From NCBI GenBank assembly GCA_036149055.1, contig JAYZQJ010000079.1:9669-73668 (forward strand): a DNA stretch of 64,000 nt, in the 5' to 3' direction. This DNA comes from Myxococcota bacterium (GTDB taxonomy: Bacteria > Myxococcota_A > Polyangia > Polyangiales > Sandaracinaceae). How positions within the stretch are numbered: position 1 is the first letter of the stretch; each line of letters begins with the position of its first letter. A program made the position numbers and the translations under genes. Shown here piece by piece: positions 1 through 8,764 of the stretch. A model generated the notes under the pieces. It ran no database searches. It had not been told where the DNA came from and saw only the letters and a program-made list of their open reading frames with translations.

Positions 1-3000
1 CGTCGAGGAGGCCGGTCTCGAGCGCCTCGCTCTGGCGGCTGAGCTTGCGCTGCGTCTTGAGGAGCTGCGGGAGATCGACCCGCTCGAGGTCGTCGGCGTA
101 GCCCTGGCTGAGCGCGCGCGCCTCCTCCGCGAGCCGCGCCGCGTGCTCCTCGATGCGGTTCTCGTGGAGGCGCACCAGCTCGTGGAGGCGCTCCTTGGCG
201 ACCTCGCGCTCCGCCTCGACGAAGGTGCCGCGCGCGTCGTCGCTCTCGCTGCTGCCCTGGATGAGGGTCAGGCTCGTGCGCGACGCGTGGAAGACCTTCA
301 GGAGCTGCACCGCGAGGTGCCAGCTGTCGGTCACGAAGGCGCGCACCGTGTCGTCGACCGTCTCGACCGCCGCGTGGCTGACGTACCAGCGCTGGAGCGG
401 CGCGGTCTCGACCTCCACCTTCACGATCCCGCCCTTGGCCTTGTCCCGGCGCGCGCGCTTGATCCGCGCCACCTCGCGCGAGTCGCTCGGGCTCGGCGCG
501 AAGTCGCTCACCGGCCGCTCGAGCGTGACCATCCCGTGGGGCTCGACGAGGGTGGCGTCTCCGAGCAGGGCGCGGACACGCCCCTCGAGGATGTCGCGCT
601 GGTCGGGCAGGTCCTGGCGCAGGTAGTCGTCGATGAGCTTGCGGCACTCGAGGAGGAACGCGCTCTGCACCCGGTTGACGTGGCGCCGGCGCTTCACCGG
701 GTTGGGGATGGCGAGGCCCTCGGCGAGCACCCCGAAGTGGCGATCCACCATCGCCTCGGTGCGGGCGAGCAGCTCGAGGTTCCGGGCCCCGAGGCGGGCG
801 CAGCTCTTGGCGTAGAAGTCCTGCAGCGTGCCCTCGAGGCGGTCGGCGAACGCGCGGGCCTCGTCCGCGAGCGGCTCGAAGGCCGGCGGGCGCAGCGACG
901 TCAGCTCGATCGAGTCCCGGACGTCCGCGGCCTCCTCGGCGCCCTCGGCGGCCTCCTCGACCGGCGCCCGCACCACGCGCCCGACCGACTCGAACTGCGA
1001 GCTCGGCGCGACGAAGAGCACGGTCGGCACCGAGGTCCGCACCGTGTCGAGCGCCTCGAGGTGCTCACGCGTCGGCGGCGGGGGCAGCTCGACCACCGCC
1101 AGGGTCGCGTCCGCGGACCGGTCGCAGACGTGCCGCTCGAGCGGCTTCGGGTCGACGGTGTCGAGGATCACCTCGACGTCGGCGCTCACCCGCGCCTCCT
1201 CGAGCATGCGCCGGGTCGCGTTCCGGAGGCCGTCGCTCAGCGAGCTGTCGCGGCTGACGGTGATGAAGCGGACGTCGCTCTTGCGGTGCTCGGCGCTCGA
1301 GGTGATGAACCGGATCAGCGAGATGGAGAGCGCGGGCGTGCCGTCCGCGCGCCACCACACGTCGATGCGGGGCGGCGTGCCCGGCGGCGGCTCGTGGGTC
1401 GCGTCGGTGAAGAGCAGGGTGTTGAGGTCGAGCGCGCGCAGCTGATCGATGAGCTCGCTCAGGCGCGCGCCGTCCTCTGCGAAGCCGTCCCAGTCGATGA
1501 GCGCGGTGTTGGGCTCGATGCCCGAGTAGCCGTGGTGCGCGGCGAAGCGCTCCATCGTGCCGTACGGATCGTCGGTCTCGACCTCGCGCGAGAACACGCC
1601 TACCACCGGGCCCTCGTCGAGCGCGGCCGGCTCGTCCTGCGCGGCCCGCTCGCCTCGGGCGCGGAGGCGGATGTCGGTGAGCATGCCGTTGCCGGTGATC
1701 AGCGAGCCGGCGGTGCGCCGCAGGGCCTCGTGCCCCGAGCCGTCGTCGGGGCGGAACATCAGGATGTTCGGGCGCCAGTTCCGCTGCTGACGCTGGGCGA
1801 GCGCCAGGCGATGCAGGCCCGCGCGCACGAGCGTCGACCAGATGCCCTCCCACGCGTCGCCGGACTCGAGCTGGAGCTGGCGGCGCTGCAGGTAGACGAA
1901 GAGCGCGCTCATCACGACCAGCGCACCCGCCATCGCCGCGAGGTCCATCTGGATCATCAGCAGCAGGCAGACGAACGCGCCGACCACGCTGATGGTCTTC
2001 GGGATGCGGAAGTCGGGGCGGAAGTCGGGGCTGACCCAGCTCTCGATGGCGGCGGCGAGGTTCAGGAAGCCGTACGTGGCCATGAAGACCATCGAGACGA
2101 CCCGGGCGATCACGTCGAGCTCCGCGATCAGGATGCCGGCCCAGCCGATGGCGAAGGCGAGCAGCAGCGCGTTCCGCGGCTCGTTGGTCTTGCCGTGGCC
2201 CTTCGCGAACCAGCGCGGCGTGATCCCGTCGCTGCTGATCGTCTGGAGGATGCGCGGCGCGCCCAGGATGCTGCCGAGCGCCGAGGACAGCGTCGCGCCC
2301 CAGATGCCCGCGGTGACGAGCGGCGCCCACAGCGACATCTCCTCGAGGATGCGCGGGTTGTCGGTCAGCGACGCGGCCGGCACCCGGAACGCGAGGAACG
2401 CGGCCAGCGCGAGGTAGACGGCGAGGCCCACGAAGATCGCGGCCATGGTCCCCGTCGGGATCGACTGCTTCGGGTCGCGGAGATCGCCCGACATGTTGAC
2501 GCCGGCGGTGAAGCCGGTGACCGCCGGGAAGAAGATGCCGAAGAGCACCGCGAACGACGCGCCCTCGGGCGGCGTGCCGATGAGCGGCTCCGGGTTCTCG
2601 GGGGGCGAGCCGAAGAAGATCGAGATCAACGAGAGCGCGATCGCGCCGAGGATCAGGTACTGCGTCTTGATCGCGAGCGACGTGCTGATGAACGTGATCA
2701 CGGTCAGCAGGACGACGGTGATCGTGCCGCAGACCCGGATCGCGGTCGGCGTCACCTCCATGCCGACCACGGCGAGGAAGCTCTCGGAGAAGCCGATGAT
2801 GTAGAGGCTGATGCTGAACGAGAGCCCGAGGAAGAGCGCGAGCCCGAGCGTGCCGCCGATCGGGAGCCCGAGGCTCCGCGAGACGATGTAGTACGGACCG
2901 CCGGCGCCGACGCTCTTGTCGGTGGCGATCGAGGAGATGCTCAAGCCGGTGCACACGCTGACGATGTGCGCGAGCACGATGATCGCGAAGGCGAGCGCGA

Positions 3001-3118
3001 GCCCCGAGTTGCCCACCACCCAGGGCAGGCGCAGGTACATGATGACGCCGAGGATCGTCAGGATCGACGGCGTGAAGACGCCCCCGAACGTGCCGAACTT
3101 GCTGTCGCTCTTCGCCAC
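1..3118 (-). CDS. Cation-chloride cotransporter (SLC12/CCC)-like amino acid permease with very long C-terminal extension; 3' end beyond window
   Basis: Manual translation from GTG 3118: MAKSDSKFGTFGGVFTPSILTILGVIMYLRLPWVVG, later FFPAVTGFTAG and NWRPNIL. The frame appears to stay open to base 1 (>1030 aa). It is missing from the ORF track because there is no stop in the window. Confidence 0.88.
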   Translation of the reverse strand, partial: MAKSDSKFGTFGGVFTPSILTILGVIMYLRLPWVVGNSGLALAFAIIVLAHIVSVCTGLSISSIATDKSVGAGGPYYIVSRSLGLPIGGTLGLALFLGLSFSISLYIIGFSESFLAVVGMEVTPTAIRVCGTITVVLLTVITFISTSLAIKTQYLILGAIALSLISIFFGSPPENPEPLIGTPPEGASFAVLFGIFFPAVTGFTAGVNMSGDLRDPKQSIPTGTMAAIFVGLAVYLALAAFLAFRVPAASLTDNPRILEEMSLWAPLVTAGIWGATLSSALGSILGAPRILQTISSDGITPRWFAKGHGKTNEPRNALLLAFAIGWAGILIAELDVIARVVSMVFMATYGFLNLAAAIESWVSPDFRPDFRIPKTISVVGAFVCLLLMIQMDLAAMAGALVVMSALFVYLQRRQLQLESGDAWEGIWSTLVRAGLHRLALAQRQQRNWRPNILMFRPDDGSGHEALRRTAGSLITGNGMLTDIRLRARGERAAQDEPAALDEGPVVGVFSREVETDDPYGTMERFAAHHGYSGIEPNTALIDWDGFAEDGARLSELIDQLRALDLNTLLFTDATHEPPPGTPPRIDVWWRADGTPALSISLIRFITSSAEHRKSDVRFITVSRDSSLSDGLRNATRRMLEEARVSADVEVILDTVDPKPLERHVCDRSADATLAVVELPPPPTREHLEALDTVRTSVPTVLFVAPSSQFESVGRVVRAPVEEAAEGAEEAADVRDSIELTSLRPPAFEPLADEARAFADRLEGTLQDFYAKSCARLGARNLELLARTEAMVDRHFGVLAEGLAIPNPVKRRRHVNRVQSAFLLECRKLIDDYLRQDLPDQRDILEGRVRALLGDATLVEPHGMVTLERPVSDFAPSPSDSREVARIKRARRDKAKGGIVKVEVETAPLQRWYVSHAAVETVDDTVRAFVTDSWHLAVQLLKVFHASRTSLTLIQGSSESDDARGTFVEAEREVAKERLHELVRLHENRIEEHAARLAEEARALSQGYADDLERVDLPQLLKTQRKLSRQSEALETGLLD

Positions 3119-3167
3119 CCGGGGCCGAGCATATCGTGATCTGGCGTCGGGATTGTCCCCGAAACGC

Positions 3168-3202
3168 GAACGCGCCCGCTCCGGGAGGAGCGAGCGCGTT
3201 CG
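3168..3202 (-). terminator. Intrinsic terminator-like hairpin after sigma factor gene
   Basis: GAACGCGCCCGCTCC-GGGA-GGAGCGAGCGCGTTC stem, followed on the minus strand by GCGTTT. Confidence 0.55.
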
Positions 3203-3235
3203 AGCGGACGGAGCGCGCGAGCGCCAGGCCCCTAC

Positions 3236-4957
3236 TCAGACCTCGGCGAAGTCCTCGAGGATGCCGCCGCGCGCCTCGCGGAGCTTCTTGAGGGCCTGCA
3301 CCTGGAGCTGACGGATCCGCTCGCGGCTGAGGCCGAACTTGTCGCCCACGTCCGTGAGGGTGTGCTCCTCCTCGCCGTCCATGCCGAACCGCATCCGGAG
3401 GATCTCCTTCTCGCGGTCCGTCAACGTCTCGAGCACCGCGCGCATGGTCATCTCGAGCGAGTCGTCGACCAGCGGCTGCATGGGCGTCGCCTGATCGGGG
3501 TCGACCACCAGGTCACCGAGGGTGGACGAGCCGTCCTCGCCGACCGGGATGTCGAGGCTCACGGTGTCCCGCATCGCCTCGAGCAGCTCCTGCACCCGGC
3601 GCTCGGGCATCTGGAGCTTCTTGCCGATCTCCTTGGCCGTCGGCGCGCGCCCCAGCTTCGGGGACATCTCGCCGATCGTGCGCATCACGCGGTGGAAACG
3701 CTCGAGCGCGTTGACCGGGATGCGGATGGTGCGCCCCTGCTCCTGCGTCGCGCGGTTCATCGACTGCCGGATCCACCAGCCCGCGTAGGTCGAGAGGCGG
3801 AAGCCCTTGTGGTAGTCGAACTTCTCGACCGCGCGCATCAGGCCCATGTTGCCCTCCTGGATGAGGTCCAGGAACGGCAGGCCACGGTTGCGGTACTGCT
3901 TGGCGATGCTGACGACCAGGCGGAGGTTCGCCTCGACCATCTCGCTCTTGGCGTGGTCGACGTCGGCGAGCGCTCGGCGGAGCGCCTTCACCGTGTCGCG
4001 CACCACAGCGAGCGGCTGGCCGGCGTCCTCCTCGATGCGACGCACGACGCGGCGGGCGTCACGGATGGCGCGCACCGCGCCCTCGTCGGCGCCGCGCTTG
4101 CGGAGCCGATCGATCTGCGCCGGCGTGAGCTGCACCGCCTCGTCGAACCCGATCGCGAGGCGACCGACCGCGCGTCGGATGGTGCGCTCGCTGCGCTCGA
4201 CCTGGCGGAGGTAGTTCTCGAGCCGGTTGGTGATCCGCTCGAGGCGCTTCTCGTGGAAGTCGATCGAGCAGAGGACCTGCGCGCGCTCCTCGACCAGCGC
4301 CTCGCGCTTGCTGCCGCGGGCCGATCGCATGCGATGCTCCACGTCCATGACGCGGCGCAGCTTGGCGACGGTGTCCTCGAACGCCTGAGCCTCCTCTTCG
4401 GTGCCCTTGCGCAGGTTCTCCGCCACGACCTCGCGCACGCTCATCTCGCCGTTCTCCATGCGCTGGAGCATCTCGCTGAGCTCCGGCATGCGGATCGACG
4501 TGCGCCACAGGAGATCGAGCACGACCGCGCGGCCCTTCTCGATCTGCCGCGCGAGCTCGATCTCGCCGTCACGCGTGAGCAGCGCGACGTCACCGAGCTT
4601 GCCGAGGTAGCGCTCGATGCTGTCGAGCTGGTTCTTCGACGACCGGTAGCCGCGGCTCTGACCGCGCGCCTTGTCCGGCTTGGAGCCGTCCGTCACCGAG
4701 AGCCCGATCCCGAGCTCCTCGAGCTCGCGAAGGGCGCGCGGAACGGCACGCTCGAGGTCCGGCTCCCCCGCCAAGGAGGCCGACACTTCGTCGTAAGTCA
4801 AAAAGCCACGGTTCTTTCCCTTGGCGAGGAGGGCCTCACCGAGGATGGTCGCGTTGGGCTTTCGGTTGTACTGCTTCAAGGGGTCCCTGCCTTCCTCCAC
4901 GCCCCCGCCGAGACGGTGACGGGACGAATGGTTGTTGGGTCGACGATGCTCCGACAT
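3236..4957 (-). CDS. RpoD/SigA-family RNA polymerase sigma factor (probable paralogue)
   Basis: Region 1.1 ([13 protein letters not shown]), 1.2 ([15 protein letters not shown]), 2 ([42 protein letters not shown]) and 4 (LSRERIRQ). ATG 4957 is preceded by GGGGGAAG. Confidence 0.93.
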   Translation of the reverse strand: MSEHRRPNNHSSRHRLGGGVEEGRDPLKQYNRKPNATILGEALLAKGKNRGFLTYDEVSASLAGEPDLERAVPRALRELEELGIGLSVTDGSKPDKARGQSRGYRSSKNQLDSIERYLGKLGDVALLTRDGEIELARQIEKGRAVVLDLLWRTSIRMPELSEMLQRMENGEMSVREVVAENLRKGTEEEAQAFEDTVAKLRRVMDVEHRMRSARGSKREALVEERAQVLCSIDFHEKRLERITNRLENYLRQVERSERTIRRAVGRLAIGFDEAVQLTPAQIDRLRKRGADEGAVRAIRDARRVVRRIEEDAGQPLAVVRDTVKALRRALADVDHAKSEMVEANLRLVVSIAKQYRNRGLPFLDLIQEGNMGLMRAVEKFDYHKGFRLSTYAGWWIRQSMNRATQEQGRTIRIPVNALERFHRVMRTIGEMSPKLGRAPTAKEIGKKLQMPERRVQELLEAMRDTVSLDIPVGEDGSSTLGDLVVDPDQATPMQPLVDDSLEMTMRAVLETLTDREKEILRMRFGMDGEEEHTLTDVGDKFGLSRERIRQLQVQALKKLREARGGILEDFAEV

Positions 4958-5199
4958 GTTCTTCCCCCATGATCCTTGGGGCCGAAACGGGGGACGCACA
5001 GTCCTGAGACGGACGATGCGCCTTGGCGTTCCAACGCGCTGGTCTCGAAGGGGATGTAAGCTCCGTGGGGGCCACGCCAAATCGGGCGGCTGTGGCGTAT
5101 CCGCACGGCGCGCCAGGCCTCCGCCACCCCCGATTTCTTCGGAGGGGTCCTCATCGTGGGACTCGAAGACGGATTCCTCGGCGTCTGTTCAGTGGTGAC

Positions 5200-5228
5200 A
5201 ACGTAAGAACGCAAACGGCGCCTGTAAA
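5200..5228 (-). promoter_or_regulatory. Putative sigma70-type promoter for the sigma factor gene
   Basis: Minus strand TTTACA-N17-TACGTT in an AT-richer intergenic stretch. Confidence 0.5.
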
Positions 5229-5375
5229 CCCCCCGGCCCGATGTGGGCCACGAGAGGAGTACGGGCGAGCAACCGGATCGTTTCACGCCCACGTCCGCGG
5301 ATTCATCCGCCACCCACCCTCAACCGGGGTGGAGGCGGCCCTGTTCCCCTGGAGGGGTCAGTTCCCCTGCCGGGG

Positions 5376-5963
5376 TCAGCGGCGCTCGACCGCGATCACG
5401 TAGCGCGCGGGGTCGAGGCTGTGGTCGGTGAAGACGAAGAGCGTTCCGTCGGCGCAGCGGTAGCGCTCGCCGCCGCCCTCGGTCCACACGCAGGAGCCGA
5501 TGGCGTCCCGCATCGCGTGGATGTGAGCGTCGACGTCGAACACCTGACCGCCGAGGCGGACGCGCTCGAGCGCGCCCAGGTGCGCCTCGACGCGCCTCAC
5601 GCCCTCGTCGTCGAGCCAGACTCGGTAAGGGCCGAACCTGGCGCTCCGCGAGTCACGCGCTCCCTCCGGGAGCCCGAGCGCGCGCACGTCGTCTTCGCTC
5701 ATCCCGATGCGGATCGGGCCGAGAGACGTCCCCGCCTCCACGGCCACCGGCTCGGGAGCGGGCGGCGCGGGGGGCGGGCTCTCCGGGGTCGCGACCTCCG
5801 GAGGTGGCTCCTCCGTCGGCGTCGGCCCCGGCGGCTGGGGCTCGGTGGGGTCCTCGGTCTCGACGCGCGGCCGGGACGGCTCGGGCTCGGGGGTCTCGGG
5901 CGCGCCGCAGCCGATCGCGGTGATCAGCGCGAGCGCGAAGACGTGGAGCGAGGCGGGCCGCAT
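5376..5963 (-). CDS. Hypothetical lipoprotein with Pro/Glu-rich linker
   Basis: Signal peptide with lipobox AIGC followed by a PEPEP-rich linker. Confidence 0.75.
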   Translation of the reverse strand: MRPASLHVFALALITAIGCGAPETPEPEPSRPRVETEDPTEPQPPGPTPTEEPPPEVATPESPPPAPPAPEPVAVEAGTSLGPIRIGMSEDDVRALGLPEGARDSRSARFGPYRVWLDDEGVRRVEAHLGALERVRLGGQVFDVDAHIHAMRDAIGSCVWTEGGGERYRCADGTLFVFTDHSLDPARYVIAVERR

Positions 5964-6033
5964 CGAGGGCGACTCATACCGCGGCGTGCAGTCGAACGCA
6001 CGCGCCGGCGACGAGCCGAGAGCCCGACCGCGT

Positions 6034-6342
6034 TCAGGCGAACGCGGCGCGCACGGAATCGTCGTAGTTGAGCCAGCTGTCCTTCTCGGTCAGCAGCTCC
6101 TCCGCGATCTCTTGCACCTTCTCCTGCGCTTGATCGACTTCGGGGAGGGTGAAGACTTCGGAGGGGCCCGTGCGGTTGGGATTCCACTTGATGAACACGT
6201 TGGCCTTCGGGAACTCGTCCTTCAGGCGCTTGCGAAGCTCGATCTGGAAGTCACGCGCGCTGACGTCGCGCAGAAGCCCGACGGGGTCCACGTCGCGGAA
6301 GAGATCGGCGTTGGCGGTGTAGTCGATGGTGGTGAGAGACAA
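6034..6342 (-). CDS. Small hypothetical protein, possibly DinI-like fold
   Basis: 102 aa with AGGAG SD; ELRKRLKDEFP...KVQEIAEELLTEKDSW resembles the DinI pattern. Confidence 0.65.
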   Translation of the reverse strand: MSLTTIDYTANADLFRDVDPVGLLRDVSARDFQIELRKRLKDEFPKANVFIKWNPNRTGPSEVFTLPEVDQAQEKVQEIAEELLTEKDSWLNYDDSVRAAFA

Positions 6343-6436
6343 ACTCCTGATTCCTTTCGTAGTCGAGTCTCCGTACTAACTCCATGACCGCGCTTTCGCA
6401 ATGATTCGCGTGCGACACACCACGCGCGAACGCGGC

Positions 6437-7246
6437 TCAGAGATCGTCGTCGACGTCGGCGATCGCCGCGAGAGACGCGAGCCCCAATCGCAACGCAGCT
6501 TGCAGGACGGCCGCCTCGGGAGAGCGACGGGAGCGCGCGGGGTCGACCACCTCGCGGGGGAGGGTGGGAGCGAGCGCGCGCGCCCGGTCGACGAGGTTGC
6601 GCGGGACCTCGAGCTGCAGCGTCCCCGGGTCGGCGGGGATCCGCACGAGCTCCGACGGCGCGCTGATCACGGTGTCGTGAGGCGCCATCTCCGTCGCGCC
6701 GGCGGGATCGACGGGGACCTTCAGCGGCTTGCGCTTGCGGCGCGCGTGCGGCTCGGGCGTCGGCGGCTGCGCTCGCAGAGGCTGGGCCCGGGGAGGCTGG
6801 GGCCTGGGAGAAAGGGGCCGCGACGGGGCGGCGATCGGCCGCTTGGGCGGGGGCGGCGCGCTGGGCTTCGGGTTGCTGGGCGGCGGGATGGAGTCGAACA
6901 CCGGCAGCGGCGGCGCCTCCTCTTCCTTCGGGAGGATCGGCTGGCTCCCGGTGACCTCTCCGCCCTGCCGCGCGAGCAGGACGCGCTCGTACATGATCTC
7001 GTTCTTCTCGTCGAACTGGAGCAGCGAGAGCGTCAGTCGTCCGTTCTGCCGTCCCTGCGCGCGGCCGACGCCCTCGAGCACCGAGGTGCCGTCGGCGAGC
7101 TGCACGGCGAAGCGGACCCACTCGCCGTCGGCGATCGAGCGCTCGCACGGGAGCCGCACCGCGGTGTCGTCGACGTGGTTGGCGAGCTCCTCGACCGCGT
7201 CGGCCACCTCCGACCATCGAGTGCGGTGCTCGAGGACCTCGCTCAC
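6437..7246 (-). CDS. Hypothetical protein (PilZ-like N-domain, Pro-rich linker, possible RHH C-domain)
   Basis: Real C-terminal part of ORF 6437..10027; the GTG overlaps the upstream gene's stop (GTGA). Confidence 0.7.
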   Translation of the reverse strand: MSEVLEHRTRWSEVADAVEELANHVDDTAVRLPCERSIADGEWVRFAVQLADGTSVLEGVGRAQGRQNGRLTLSLLQFDEKNEIMYERVLLARQGGEVTGSQPILPKEEEAPPLPVFDSIPPPSNPKPSAPPPPKRPIAAPSRPLSPRPQPPRAQPLRAQPPTPEPHARRKRKPLKVPVDPAGATEMAPHDTVISAPSELVRIPADPGTLQLEVPRNLVDRARALAPTLPREVVDPARSRRSPEAAVLQAALRLGLASLAAIADVDDDL

Positions 7247-8382
7247 GCGTCGGACTCCGGCGCGAGCTCCGGCAGGATCGCCCACAGCGCGGCGATGCAG
7301 TCGGAGGCGAGGTTGCGGCAGCGGGCGGGCGACCACCCGAAGACCGGATCCGGGTGATTGGACGCGTCCTTGAACGGCTGCTCGAGCGTCATCGCGAGGC
7401 CGCCGAAGCGCTCCGCCACCCAGTTGGTGCACAGGCGCAGGTTCGCTTGTCCGGGCGCGGCGGGCGCGTAGCCGTGCTGCGTCTGGAAGTCGGGGCTGAT
7501 GCGCGCGAGCGCGCTCCGGTACTCGGTCAGCCAGCCCGCCTGGCGCTCGGTGAGCGAGGGCACGCCGTCCGCGCCGGCGATGAAGTTGAACGGCAGCTCC
7601 TCGTCGCCGTGCACGTCGAGGCAGAAGTGGACGCCGGTCGCCTCCATGCGCTGCCGCACGAGGTACACCTCGGGGCTCTTCTCCATCGACGGCTCCATCC
7701 AGGCGCGGTTGAGGTTCTCGCCGGCCGCGTTGGTGCGGAGGTGCCCGCGGCGGCTGCCGTCGGGGTTCATGTTGGGCACGACGTGGAAGGTCGCGGCCTC
7801 GCGGAGTCGGCGGGCGACCGGATCGGCGTCGTCGAGCATGCGGGCGAGGAAGCCCTCCATCCAGTGCTCCGCCATGGTCTCGCCCGGGTGCTGTCGCGCG
7901 ATCACCCAGGCCTGGAGCGGGCCCTCGCCGAAGCGGAGCAGATCGAGATCCTGCCCGTCGAGGGTGTGCCCGAGCGACTCGAGCGTGACCGAGGGGTGCT
8001 GCTGACAGCGGGCGATCAGATCGGCGTGGCGCTCCATCGAGAACGGCGCGAAGTAGGCGAGCCAGACCGCGTCCGCCCCGCCCGGGTGGCGGATGGTGAG
8101 CTGGGTGCCGTCGTACTCGGTGGGCACCCGCACCCACTGCTTGCGGTCGGTCGAGGCCACCGCCCGGTAGCCCTCGTAGCCGGCGCGGTAGCTCCCCTCG
8201 TGCGCGTTGACGATGCGCACCGTCAGGGGCGCGCCCGCGTGCCCGGTCACCCGGAAGTAGAACCACTGCATGAAGCGGTCGCCGACGTCCTTGACGATCC
8301 GGACGCGCACGTCGTCCGGGCTGTCGGTCTGGACCGCTTCTCCGTTTCCGCCGTCGAAGGCGCTGCTCACTCTGATCGACAC
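7243..8382 (-). CDS. M14-family zinc carboxypeptidase (cytosolic carboxypeptidase-like)
   Basis: SSAFDGGN N-domain, QWFYFR, ARQHPGE (HxxE), NPDG, RTNAAGENLNR, DVHGDEE, LEQPF; start could be 8394. Confidence 0.9.
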   Translation of the reverse strand: MSIRVSSAFDGGNGEAVQTDSPDDVRVRIVKDVGDRFMQWFYFRVTGHAGAPLTVRIVNAHEGSYRAGYEGYRAVASTDRKQWVRVPTEYDGTQLTIRHPGGADAVWLAYFAPFSMERHADLIARCQQHPSVTLESLGHTLDGQDLDLLRFGEGPLQAWVIARQHPGETMAEHWMEGFLARMLDDADPVARRLREAATFHVVPNMNPDGSRRGHLRTNAAGENLNRAWMEPSMEKSPEVYLVRQRMEATGVHFCLDVHGDEELPFNFIAGADGVPSLTERQAGWLTEYRSALARISPDFQTQHGYAPAAPGQANLRLCTNWVAERFGGLAMTLEQPFKDASNHPDPVFGWSPARCRNLASDCIAALWAILPELAPESDA

Positions 8383-8413
8383 GAGCGCGAGCATGCCACG
8401 TAAGCTGTGGTCC

Positions 8414-8764
8414 ATGCCCACCGCGCACGTCCACTCCGACGCCCAAGTCTCCGACGAGGTCCGGGCCCGGTTCGCCACCGAGCTCTCCCGCGCCGTCGCC
8501 GAGGTCACCGGCAAGCCCGAGAAGTGGGTGATGACCGTGCAGACCCCGGCCGCGCTCATGACCTTCGGCGGGGCCTCCGGCGCGAGCTGCTACGTGCGGG
8601 TCGTGAGCATCGGCGGCTTCTCGGCCGAGAAGGCGGCGACGCTGGTCGAGCGCATCTGTGCGCTCGTCGAGGCTCACCTCGAGGTGCCGGGCGCGCGGAC
8701 GTACGTGGAGCTCTCGGACGCCGAGGCCCACCTCTTCGGTCACGCCGGTCGAACGTTCGCCTGA
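8414..8764 (+). CDS. MIF / phenylpyruvate tautomerase family protein
   Basis: Met-Pro start (catalytic Pro1), TGKPEKWV, MTFGG, VSIGG; 116 aa. Confidence 0.88.
   Translation: MPTAHVHSDAQVSDEVRARFATELSRAVAEVTGKPEKWVMTVQTPAALMTFGGASGASCYVRVVSIGGFSAEKAATLVERICALVEAHLEVPGARTYVELSDAEAHLFGHAGRTFA

Noticed and set aside
143..3139. 998-aa plus-strand ORF and other very long ORFs (24409-28326, 25089-28271, 34559-38689, 47461-51465, 48503-51292, 60559-63351)
   Set aside because: Antisense or off-frame shadows of clear genes in high-GC DNA, Arg/Gly/Ala/Pro-rich with no motifs. Only the 3' part of 34559-38689 (from 37823) is real.
5177..5193. Myxococcus-type LexA box (ends GTTCAG) near the sigma promoter
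   Set aside because: The left half mismatches the consensus at several positions
5343..5378. 18-bp tandem duplication GTTCCCCTGnnGGGGTCA
   Set aside because: Only two copies, overlapping a stop codon; most simply a local duplication or terminator
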